Assembly: GCA_019058275.1 (NCBI GenBank)
Contig: JAHLVW010000045.1
Location: 44,316-108,315, forward strand
Length of the DNA: 64,000 nt
DNA from: Candidatus Heimdallarchaeota archaeon
GTDB taxonomy: Archaea > Asgardarchaeota > Heimdallarchaeia > JABLTI01
Direction of reading: 5' to 3'
How positions within the stretch are numbered: the first letter of the stretch is position 1; each line of letters begins with the position of its first letter. Shown here piece after piece: positions 43,016-52,122 of the stretch. A program made the position numbers and the translations under genes. The notes beneath the pieces are model-generated. The model saw nothing but the letters and a program-made list of their open reading frames with translations. It did not search any database and was not told where the DNA came from.

Positions 43016-43798
43016 ATGAATCAAAAAGAAACTCAAGATAGTACAATTAAAAAGAAATATGAGAATATAATTTATGATGAAGTAAGTTTTGGCATAATTA
43101 CATCTCTCAGATTCAATGAACCTCTAAATCTTAAGAATCTGGCTCAACTAATTGGTAGACCAGAAACGACTACAATCCGTTATCTTAAGCAATTGCTTGA
43201 GGATAAATTGATTGACATTGATGCAGAAAAAACCGCTTCAAGTTGGGGGAAATTTTATCACTTATCGGATCCTGTAAAGAAAATTGTAGAACAAAATGAG
43301 AGAGAATCTCAACAACAAGAAAATCAAATTTTTTCAGAATTAGCAAACTATAAAAACATGAGTGAAGAGAAATTACTCCAGATATTTCTTAGGGAAATCA
43401 CAAGTAAAGAAATATCGGATGAGGTTAAAATGCGTTTAAAGGGAGAAACAAATCTTAGCTATAATATTCAGAAAATGATAATTAATAGTTTTATAAATGC
43501 TTCAAACAGATTTAAGAAAGTCCAGGAAGAGAAAGGAGTTGATTATTTAAAGAAGAATTTCATAATGGATCCTGGTGACATTAATACAACTACAATTTTT
43601 GTAAAGTATTCTAAAGTTAAACATGTTTTAGCACTTATCGAGAAGTTCTTAGAATTTCATAAAGGAATAAAGGAATTGCAAAGTGAATTTAAACAAGAGA
43701 TGGATAAAGAAGGAATTCCTGATGATGATAGAAAAACCCATTATATTGGTCTCTTCATGGGTACAACAGATTTTGATTTTAGATTAAAACAGGAATAA
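43016..43798 (+). CDS. wHTH (ArsR-like) transcriptional regulator, divergent from the MFS gene
   Basis: LNLKNLAQLIGRPETTTIRYLKQLLEDKLI...KFYHL. Confidence 0.75.
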   Translation: MNQKETQDSTIKKKYENIIYDEVSFGIITSLRFNEPLNLKNLAQLIGRPETTTIRYLKQLLEDKLIDIDAEKTASSWGKFYHLSDPVKKIVEQNERESQQQENQIFSELANYKNMSEEKLLQIFLREITSKEISDEVKMRLKGETNLSYNIQKMIINSFINASNRFKKVQEEKGVDYLKKNFIMDPGDINTTTIFVKYSKVKHVLALIEKFLEFHKGIKELQSEFKQEMDKEGIPDDDRKTHYIGLFMGTTDFDFRLKQE

Positions 43799-43867
43799 TT
43801 TATAGATTACTTGTTTTACTCATCTCCTTATTTAGTATTAATATGGATTTCCTTTTTAAAAATCATA

Positions 43868-44761
43868 TTAGGATTGAGAATCAATCCATTTTCTCAATGA
43901 TTGAATGTGATTAGGAGATGTCCCACAACAACCACCAACTATTTTTACACCTAGCTTAATAATAGAGGTAATATCGCGCACAAATACTTCAATAGGTTGA
44001 TTATAGACTGTTTTAAAATCTTGTAAAGTAGGTTTGCCAGCATTAGGCTTCACTGATAAAGGATAATCCGTTAATTCTATTGCTTCTCTTACTAAATCAA
44101 TAAATAAAGTTGAACCAGGATCGCAATTAGCACCTATAACATCAACTTCTTCCTTTTCAAGAAGTTGGATGCATTGTATAAGCGAATTTCCCATTAAAGT
44201 ATAGAATCCTTTCTTACCTTTGTTTATAATAAAAGAAGCAATGATAGGTTTAGAAGAGACTTCTTTAATTGCAGATAACGCAGCATGCATTTCTTCAATA
44301 TCAATAAATCCCATAGCATGCCAAAGATTAACACCTTCCCCATCATCACCTTCTAGAATCTCTACTTGTTTAAGGAAACCTTCTCTCCATTTTTCAAAGG
44401 TACCAGATCCTAAAGGATCTCGAAACTCACTTGATGGACCAATTTCTCCAACAATTAGTTTTCCTTTAGGACACACTTCCTTGATATTCTGAAGAGCTAG
44501 TTTATTGATTTCCTTTAATTTATCAGCCATTTTATGCTTTCGAAGATTAAGATAATTTGCATTAAGTGTGATTGTTTGAACCATATCTGCTCCAGCTAAA
44601 TAAAAGGATTTGAGTACTGATTTAACTGTTTCTGGATTTTGGATGTTTAATATATCTGGAGGTTTCCCAGATGTGAATCCCTTTTTTATTAATTCGGTTC
44701 CACTAGAACCATCACCTAATATTACTCTCGCTGGATCTTTCAACCATTTTATGAAGGACAT
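43868..44761 (-). CDS. Homocysteine S-methyltransferase family protein
   Basis: DGSSGT, AGAD, GANC, PNAG and GGCCGT motifs. Confidence 0.9.
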   Translation of the reverse strand: MSFIKWLKDPARVILGDGSSGTELIKKGFTSGKPPDILNIQNPETVKSVLKSFYLAGADMVQTITLNANYLNLRKHKMADKLKEINKLALQNIKEVCPKGKLIVGEIGPSSEFRDPLGSGTFEKWREGFLKQVEILEGDDGEGVNLWHAMGFIDIEEMHAALSAIKEVSSKPIIASFIINKGKKGFYTLMGNSLIQCIQLLEKEEVDVIGANCDPGSTLFIDLVREAIELTDYPLSVKPNAGKPTLQDFKTVYNQPIEVFVRDITSIIKLGVKIVGGCCGTSPNHIQSLRKWIDSQS

Positions 44762-44928
44762 ATTCTAACATTCCAAGTTTAAAGATTTATTCAATTGATT
44801 TTAGGTAGGATATATTATATTTAATCATAATTCATAAAAATATTATGAGAGAGAATAAGCTATTTCATAAATCTAAAATTCAAGATTTTTCCAATAATTA
44901 ATATTTATTTACTTGATTTGCTAGTATT

Positions 44929-45759
44929 ATGACGTATGTGGAGATATCAGAATCAGTAGTATTTGCACAGAATGAGTGGGGATCAAATTCTGTTTGCATT
45001 GCTTTAGAGGATGAGTTGATCTTTATTGATACAGGATTAAATACTTCAGATGCAAGAGCTTTTAGAGAATCTATGGAAGCAAAATACAATCGTAAAGCTA
45101 GTACTTTAATCCTTACTCATGGACATATTGATCATTTCTTCGGTATGGCTGCATATTCAGACCTACAAGTTGTTGCTGCTGAAATAGGAAAAGAAAGATT
45201 CAATAGAATAATTAGTGCAGAATATAATACTGAATTTGTTGAGAATATGTCTAAATATTTCTTGGGTTTCAAGGAATCTGTTAAAGAAGCAAAGCCTTTC
45301 ATGCCTACGATTTGGATCGATGAGAAAATAACTATTGGTATGAATAAAGAGCTGATCTTTGAGATTAAAGGTGGGCATTCAGGTTGTTCATCAGTAATTC
45401 ATTATGTTCCAGAAAAAGTTGTCATTACCGGTGATCTTCTACAAGTGGATGTTTATCCTTACTTTGGTGAACCAGATACAGATTTAGAGAAATGGATAAG
45501 TGCACTAAAGACCTGGGAAGGTATGGATATTAAAGCAGTTTTACCTGGTCATGGTAGACACGTTGAAAAATCCTATCTAACTGGAGTAAGAGTTTTCTTT
45601 GAGGAAATGTTAGCTACAGTAAAGCAATTGAAAGCTGATGGAATACAAATAGAAGAAGTTGCTTACAATTCGAAAATTCCTGCTGGATATTGGCCAAAAG
45701 AAGCTGTTAGAAAACCTGCATATGATTTCAGTATAACTAATCTATACAGAAAACTCTGA
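44929..45759 (+). CDS. MBL-fold metallo-hydrolase
   Basis: IDTG, THGHIDH, GGHS, TGDL and PGHG motifs. Confidence 0.9.
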   Translation: MTYVEISESVVFAQNEWGSNSVCIALEDELIFIDTGLNTSDARAFRESMEAKYNRKASTLILTHGHIDHFFGMAAYSDLQVVAAEIGKERFNRIISAEYNTEFVENMSKYFLGFKESVKEAKPFMPTIWIDEKITIGMNKELIFEIKGGHSGCSSVIHYVPEKVVITGDLLQVDVYPYFGEPDTDLEKWISALKTWEGMDIKAVLPGHGRHVEKSYLTGVRVFFEEMLATVKQLKADGIQIEEVAYNSKIPAGYWPKEAVRKPAYDFSITNLYRKL

Positions 45760-45790
45760 TTACTATTTTTACCTTTTTAATTTATAATTT

Positions 45791-47011
45791 TTATTTTCTA
45801 AAAATAACAGAAGGAAATTGTTTATTTCCACATGATTGTATCATTTCATCGAAATTTAAACCAACAAATTCCGCTGCGCGTTTTAACATTTCAATTTGAC
45901 CATGACTGTAAGGAATTCCCTCTCTTTCTGAATACTCGGATGCTTTAATTGAACGATCACCAGACCATCTTGTTTTTGGACCAAAATATTTTGATTCATA
46001 ATCTTTCATTAATTCTCCTACTCGATTTTTTGCTTCTTCTTTTGTATAAAGACCATCAATAATCTGAGCTTGAAAAGCTAGTGAGACTCTTTTATACCTA
46101 GAACCCATTTCAGCTTTTTCAAGAGAACCACCTGCAATTGCTAGCTCAATTTCAATCATCCTTAGTAGAGCATCTCCTTTATACCCAGAATGAGTCGATC
46201 CAAGTGGGAAGATACTTCCTTTCAAATATTGCTTACCATCTTTTATTCCAATGAATTCTTTGGGATCTAAAGTTGATTTATAATTCTTATCAGCTAAATA
46301 TTCAGGTATTGTTAACATTTCTCCGGTTTTATATGCCTTGATACAATAATTAGCAGCCATTTTTGTTAAAGCCATATCTACTGTAATTATTCCTTTATTA
46401 TGTGGTACAGAGATAGCTATTGGATTGGTACCCATTCTTACCTCTTTTCCTGCACCTTTTGTATAGTCTAATCCTTCTGGATCATCTCCCATTGGTTTGA
46501 CCAAAGCTGATGTTGTACAAGTAACAGTACCAATCAAGTCCATGCCATTTGCTATCATTTCACTCCAAACTCCAGCAGCACCAAAATGGTTTGCTTCCTT
46601 CACAAAGACTTTTGCAATACCATATTTTCTTGCCAGTTTCTTTACTAATTCAACAGCTATCATTGAACTAGTATGCCCTGGAGATGCATTACCGTTGATA
46701 ATTGCAATTGCAGGATATTTTTGAGGTATTATTTCTGGTTTTGCATCTGGTATTACGGTTGTAAATAGTCCTGTTCTTTTTACTGCTTCTTCTAATCCTG
46801 TACCACCCGCAAGACCATGAGAGAAAATCCCTTTTTTATCAGCTTCTATTAATACATGAGCAGTTACTTTTGCAGATTCTTCCGGATAACCGCTTTTTTT
46901 TAAAACCTCATATGCAAAATTGTAGATTTCCTCTACTTTGAAATGATTACGTTTGTCTCTCAATTTGTGATTCACCTGTATAAGATTAACTTCTGAGTCT
47001 TTTCTAAGCAA
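45791..47011 (-). CDS. Second Ldh_2 family oxidoreductase
   Basis: ADKKGIFSHG, NHFGAAG, GTNPI and GYKG motifs. Confidence 0.85.
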   Translation of the reverse strand: MLRKDSEVNLIQVNHKLRDKRNHFKVEEIYNFAYEVLKKSGYPEESAKVTAHVLIEADKKGIFSHGLAGGTGLEEAVKRTGLFTTVIPDAKPEIIPQKYPAIAIINGNASPGHTSSMIAVELVKKLARKYGIAKVFVKEANHFGAAGVWSEMIANGMDLIGTVTCTTSALVKPMGDDPEGLDYTKGAGKEVRMGTNPIAISVPHNKGIITVDMALTKMAANYCIKAYKTGEMLTIPEYLADKNYKSTLDPKEFIGIKDGKQYLKGSIFPLGSTHSGYKGDALLRMIEIELAIAGGSLEKAEMGSRYKRVSLAFQAQIIDGLYTKEEAKNRVGELMKDYESKYFGPKTRWSGDRSIKASEYSEREGIPYSHGQIEMLKRAAEFVGLNFDEMIQSCGNKQFPSVIFRK

Positions 47012-47164
47012 TCAATAATATCCTATAAATAAATCTAATAATTTTTTACTTAAACAAACTTTTGGAATTTCTTTAATAAATCTAATAATCTATGTTCTAA
47101 AAACTACATTTTTTAAAGGAGCATTTTAAAGAGTTCAATTTTGTAATTTAAATTGATGAAATAA

Positions 47165-47518
47165 ATGATAATAAAAAAGACAGCTGAAGAACCACTTTAT
47201 GAGAACCCACATGGAGTAGAAGGGAAAAATCTCTACAGTTATACAAATGCAGTAATAATTCATCTAACAATTAAGCCAGGTGAGTCCTTAAGAAGGCATA
47301 TAACTCATACAGATGTAGCATTTTATGTCCTAGAAGGTAAAGGAATAGTCTTAGTAGGGGACGAGAAAATGGAAATAGAAAAAGATACCTTGATAGAAAG
47401 TCCTGCAGATATTGTCCATTGTTGGTACAATGAGAGCAATGAAAATTTGAGAGTTTTAGTTATCAAAGCACCAAAACCAACCGAACCATCAACGTTTTTG
47501 GAAGAACGAAAACACTAA
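47165..47518 (+). CDS. Cupin domain protein
   Basis: PGE..RHITH...FYVLEGKG...PADIVHCWYN. Confidence 0.88.
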   Translation: MIIKKTAEEPLYENPHGVEGKNLYSYTNAVIIHLTIKPGESLRRHITHTDVAFYVLEGKGIVLVGDEKMEIEKDTLIESPADIVHCWYNESNENLRVLVIKAPKPTEPSTFLEERKH

Positions 47519-47583
47519 AACAAACCTTCATGTAACGAAAGATTCAAAGAAATTAGCTCACTTTGTAATAATAGTGAACATAC

Positions 47584-48388
47584 TTGTCAAGAAATAAATT
47601 TATGTCCAATACAGAATATGATAAAAGCTTCACCCATTTTTGGGGCATTAGGAGAAAAATAGCCCAATCACTTATTCCCCATGGTTTAAAGTCAGGTTTA
47701 AAGATCCTTGATGTTTTAGCAGGTCATGGATTTTATTCATATGAAATAACCAAGATTATTAAAAAAGGGAAAATAATATCAATAGGTTTGCAAAATGATG
47801 TAGAAAGCTTTCAAAGATTCAAGTTGTCAATGAAAAAGAGAAAGCAACAAAAATCGTTAGGATTAATAGATTATAGATTGATGGATATCACAAAGATTGA
47901 TTTTCCTGAAAATACTTTTGATTTTGTTATTAATTTTCTAGGCCTAGAAGATGTAAATATGACTAAAGGAACTAAGGGAGTAAAAGACGCATTAAAGGAA
48001 TGTTGTCGAGTGTTGAAACCAACAGGAACATTACAATTGACATTATGTTTAGAGGGAGATGAACCAGATCAGATCATTGCAAAAGAAATAACAGAAGCAA
48101 TAGGACATCAAGCAATTTTCCATCCGAAAGAATTCTATATTGATGAATTAAAGAGAAACAATAATAGAGGTAATTAATGAAAAATGGTTCTACACAAAAA
48201 GGAAAATGACTTATGACCAAGCAAAAGAGGAATAGTCTTTTGCTTGTAATGAAACACCAAAATATTTCAAAAACTTTGAGATCAAAACCATTCCTTTTGA
48301 GAAATTGTGGAACAAATATAGTAAAAGGATAAAGAAGTATGGTATGGCCTTTTATTCGCAATTGTTAGTATTAATAGGTAAAAAGTAA
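47584..48388 (+). pseudogene. Class I SAM-dependent methyltransferase with a frameshift (~48160) and an in-frame TAG (~48233)
   Basis: ILDVLAGHG, FPENTFDFV and RVLKPTG motifs. The shifted frame continues IEVINEKWFY...EE*SFACNE...LIGKK to TAA at 48388. Confidence 0.75.
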
Positions 48389-48457
48389 ACTCTCAACTAA
48401 CGAAAGATTCAAAAATCCGAAAAGAACAAAAAAGACTACCAAACGAGCGAAATAAAC

Positions 48458-48534
48458 GGCCGGGTAGTCTAGCACGGTATGATACTTGCTTTGGGAGTAA
48501 GTGGTCGCGGATTCAAATTCCGCCCCGGCCACCA
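48458..48534 (+). tRNA. tRNA-Pro(TGG), CCA encoded; integration target
   Basis: GGCCGGG/CCCGGCC acceptor stem, CTTGC-TTTGGGA-GTAAG anticodon arm, GCGGA-TTCAAAT-TCCGC T-arm and an ACCA end. Confidence 0.96.
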
Positions 48535-48609
48535 TTACTTTTGTTTTTTTCTTATTCTTTTGTCATTTTAGTTATTATATCCTTAGTAATTATTTTTCCC
48601 TTCATTCAT

Positions 48610-49230
48610 TCATCTTTTCATTTTTATTGGATCATTTCTCTCTTCATCATCTATTATTATAAACACTCCAACATTTCTTTTGATATATTCCTCTGTCCAT
48701 TCTTTCTTAATCCTCCATCCCCCTGTTGCAAACACACCATTATCCATATCGTAGAATGGTACATGTGTGTGGCTGATGATTAGTTTGTCTGTTGTCAATA
48801 TCATTGGCAAGAAGTCAGAGCCTTTGTTTACTAATCGATTTTTTAGTGCATTTGCTGCTTGCCCCCATGTTTCATCTGCTCTTTTCACTAAACCGATATT
48901 ATGTCCATGACAAACAATAATTCGCCCTTCCTTTGTGTTTAATATTGCCCATGGTAATACTTGAATGGTTGGGCAATCGAATAATATATTTCCTTCATGC
49001 CCCATCCCACCTGTTATGAAAATTATTTTTTCTTTCCATTTTTTATTGTCTATCCATTTTAAGAATCTCTTTAGCGCATTTTTTCCTTTTTCATCATAAG
49101 CATCTATAAAGTCGCCATTTAATATTATGAGATCTACTTTACTTGCAACACTTTCTATTGCTTCTTTAAACTCCTCCTCTAAGCAACCATCTGCTCCTAA
49201 ATGCGTATCACTAAATATCCCTGTCATCAT
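48610..49230 (-). CDS. Calcineurin-like metallophosphoesterase
   Basis: SDTHLG, NGDFID, GGMGHE (GNH variant), HGH and SHTH motifs. Confidence 0.85.
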   Translation of the reverse strand: MMTGIFSDTHLGADGCLEEEFKEAIESVASKVDLIILNGDFIDAYDEKGKNALKRFLKWIDNKKWKEKIIFITGGMGHEGNILFDCPTIQVLPWAILNTKEGRIIVCHGHNIGLVKRADETWGQAANALKNRLVNKGSDFLPMILTTDKLIISHTHVPFYDMDNGVFATGGWRIKKEWTEEYIKRNVGVFIIIDDEERNDPIKMKR

Positions 49231-51568
49231 CTTTCCTTATCATCTCCTCAAGCATTTTTCTTGTGCTGTCTTTTACTTTTTCTGAAGTATTACTCGTTAT
49301 TTGACTTATTTCCTCATCTGCACTCTCTTGCAATAAGTCATGCATTGCTCTTAACACTCGCTTTATTCTTGTAAAAACCGCTTCAGCATTTCCTAACTCC
49401 CCTCCTCGATCATAAAGGGCAATCTTGTTTTCATAATAATTTGTGTATGTACGAAATGATGACTCTGAGATATGAAGCTCTAATTCAATGCTTTTCATCA
49501 GCAATTCCTTTAACAATCTTATTGCTTGTTTCTTTTGTTCTTTTGAAAGAGCGTTTGTAAGACTTGCTACCTCAATAAGCATTCCACTTGTTTTTTCATC
49601 CCAAATGTGATTTTGTAGTTCATTTTCTCTTTTTTCCCTATTAATTACTAATGGCGTTTCATTTTGAGTTGGACTCGTTGATTGGCTCTCAAGTAACTTC
49701 CCATCTTTTGAGTATCTCATTATTTCACTTGTTTCCCAACGAATGATCATCTCACCAAATCGTATTGTTAGCTTCTCAAGTTCCTGCACTCTTGATTGCC
49801 CGTCAATGATAAAAAGAGGTGGTTTCATCCTGTTTCGTTCAACTGCTGTTTTGTTTATGTTAAGTTTATCAACAATTACTTTTTCGTTAGCTAACCTTTT
49901 TACTCTGTAAACTTTACCTTTACTTCCTAGATGTAATAGGTTCCCTGGTAGGGCTGAAAAGATTATGCGGCGCTCATCTATCGAAGCAATTTTCTCACTC
50001 TGATTTTCGTTAGTATTGTCTATTATCTCCCATCGTGGTTCTATCGAGCGGATTCGATGTTTCCTGATAAAAGCATTGACCCCATTTCTATTGGCAATAA
50101 TCAAAGTCCTTTCAATAAAGGGCAAGTGATTGTTTTCAGTTGAAAGTAAACCTTTTGCAAACAATAATGCTATAGCTGTTCGTGTAATACTAGAATCTAA
50201 TTCCTCTTTGCAAAAAGATAAAATATCATCAATCTTAGTTATGCCCAAAACCACCCTCAAGAGTACGAATGCTTGTGTTCTTTGCAGAGCTTTTGAGTCA
50301 AAGAGTATTCGTTCTGTTTTATTTTCTGTTAGAATCTCTTCTATTTTTTTGGGGTGATTCAAATAACAATTATCAATTGCTTTTTCATTATTGAATACTA
50401 ATGAAAAATTCTTTTTCTTAGAAATATCTGAAAACCTTAATCTTCCCAATCGTTGTAATAGACCATTTACTCCTGTAATTGGCCATGAAATATTTACTAT
50501 ATGAACGATATTTGGTATATCCATACCCAGCTCTAGTAATGATGTCGTAAAAACAAACCTTATTGTGCCATTATAAATTCCCTTCAGAATGTCTGTTTTT
50601 TCTTGACCAGTTAATTGACTATTAATACAAGCAAATGGCGAATGCCTTTGTAGGATTTCATCAGGTATGTTTGTTTTTTTCTTAAATAGCTCATTACATT
50701 TTGCTACCAACTCACCTACCTTTTGGATATCATCAACAAAGATCACGCAAGCCCCTTTTACTCTTCGCAAGTAAGGGTCTAACTTCTCTAATAGCAAATC
50801 TTCAATTGATTCTGGTTGAAGAATCATTACTCGAATAGTTCCTCTTGTTGCATTTCCGGTTATTATTTGAGCAGTTGGAAGGAATTTATCACGAAAGGTT
50901 TCTACTTCTTTTACTGTTGCAGAAGCTAGAACTACTCTTACTCTTGAATTTATCTTTTTCAAGATCGCAATCATTTCTCTAATATGTGCTAGGTACCCTC
51001 CTGAACCTGCATGTATCTCATCAACAACAAAGACCCCAACATTAAGGAGCCAACTAAGAAAATCCTCATTGCCTTCTTTAAAAAAGCGATAGAACAATTT
51101 GTCTATGGTTGCTAGGAGGATTTTAGGTTTCTTCTTCTCTATTACTTCAATTTCTTTTCGAGTTAAATCTCCATTATATCTGCTATATGTTATCTTTTTT
51201 CCAGTTACTTCAAAGATCTTATTGCAATATTTTGCAATACGTTGTTCTTGATCCTCAGCAAGCTGTTTTGTTGGGTAGATTATAACAGCACAGTCTATTC
51301 TATTATTAGCAATGTCCTCAAAAATTGGAAATAAAAATGATTCAGATTTTCCTGAACCTGTTCCAACTGCGAGAAAACAATCATTTCTTTTGAGAATTGT
51401 GCTAATCGCTTCTAATTGATATTTATAGAGTTTATATGGCAATAATTCTTGGACACTTTTACCAATTATTTTCAAACCAACATCATCATCACCTACATAA
51501 TAATCAGACACCTCACAATTTGATGGTGGTAGATCAAACACTGATTTCACAGGAATTCCTTTTGACAT
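49211..51568 (-). CDS. SF2 DEAH helicase, Hrq1/SftH (DUF1998)-like (start at 51568 after a GGAGG SD)
   Basis: Q-motif LYKYQ, GTGSGKS, IYPTKQLAEDQ, DEIH, SAT, TSLLELGMDI and QRLGR; C-terminal LYDRGGELG without the usual Cys cluster. Confidence 0.88.
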   Translation of the reverse strand: MSKGIPVKSVFDLPPSNCEVSDYYVGDDDVGLKIIGKSVQELLPYKLYKYQLEAISTILKRNDCFLAVGTGSGKSESFLFPIFEDIANNRIDCAVIIYPTKQLAEDQEQRIAKYCNKIFEVTGKKITYSRYNGDLTRKEIEVIEKKKPKILLATIDKLFYRFFKEGNEDFLSWLLNVGVFVVDEIHAGSGGYLAHIREMIAILKKINSRVRVVLASATVKEVETFRDKFLPTAQIITGNATRGTIRVMILQPESIEDLLLEKLDPYLRRVKGACVIFVDDIQKVGELVAKCNELFKKKTNIPDEILQRHSPFACINSQLTGQEKTDILKGIYNGTIRFVFTTSLLELGMDIPNIVHIVNISWPITGVNGLLQRLGRLRFSDISKKKNFSLVFNNEKAIDNCYLNHPKKIEEILTENKTERILFDSKALQRTQAFVLLRVVLGITKIDDILSFCKEELDSSITRTAIALLFAKGLLSTENNHLPFIERTLIIANRNGVNAFIRKHRIRSIEPRWEIIDNTNENQSEKIASIDERRIIFSALPGNLLHLGSKGKVYRVKRLANEKVIVDKLNINKTAVERNRMKPPLFIIDGQSRVQELEKLTIRFGEMIIRWETSEIMRYSKDGKLLESQSTSPTQNETPLVINREKRENELQNHIWDEKTSGMLIEVASLTNALSKEQKKQAIRLLKELLMKSIELELHISESSFRTYTNYYENKIALYDRGGELGNAEAVFTRIKRVLRAMHDLLQESADEEISQITSNTSEKVKDSTRKMLEEMIRKDDDRDI

Positions 51569-51570
51569 CT

Positions 51571-52122
51571 TTATCCCTCCACCAATCTTGCGCTGATAAT
51601 GAACTCCCAAATTAACTCAACTTTATTTTTCAGAAATTTTTTGAATCCATCATCGAAACCTTCCGGTGAGTATGCTTCAACTATTTCATCAACAGCTAAA
51701 TCAATCATATCAATTTGATTATCTTCTTCTATAAATTCCACTTGACTAAGCATTTCTTTGATTCCCTGTTGAAGGAGTTCTTCCTGCTTCCTCATAGCAA
51801 AATTTCTTTCTTGCCTTTCTGCTATTTCATCAAGTCTTTGATATTCAATTAACATTTCAGGTGGTAACTCTTTTCCAGTGGTCAAGCATAGATATAGCTT
51901 ATTTAATTGAACCAATTTATCTTCCTTGAGCCAATATCTGTAAAGATTTCTACTTCCAACACGCTTGATCAAGCCATCTTGTTGTAATACCTCGAGAGTA
52001 AGATAGGTCTCACTGAGTGGTAAATTTACTTCAATAGAAATCTCTTTGGCACTCTTAGGATAATTGATACCATGTTTATTGTATTCCTCAAGCAAAAAGA
52101 GCATTACTCCAAGTTTATCCAT
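51571..52122 (-). CDS. wHTH DNA-binding protein with a helical C-terminus
   Basis: SAKEISIEVNLPLSETYLTLEVLQQDGLIKR...YRYWL; overlaps the Cas1-like gene stop. Confidence 0.7.
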   Translation of the reverse strand: MDKLGVMLFLLEEYNKHGINYPKSAKEISIEVNLPLSETYLTLEVLQQDGLIKRVGSRNLYRYWLKEDKLVQLNKLYLCLTTGKELPPEMLIEYQRLDEIAERQERNFAMRKQEELLQQGIKEMLSQVEFIEEDNQIDMIDLAVDEIVEAYSPEGFDDGFKKFLKNKVELIWEFIISARLVEG

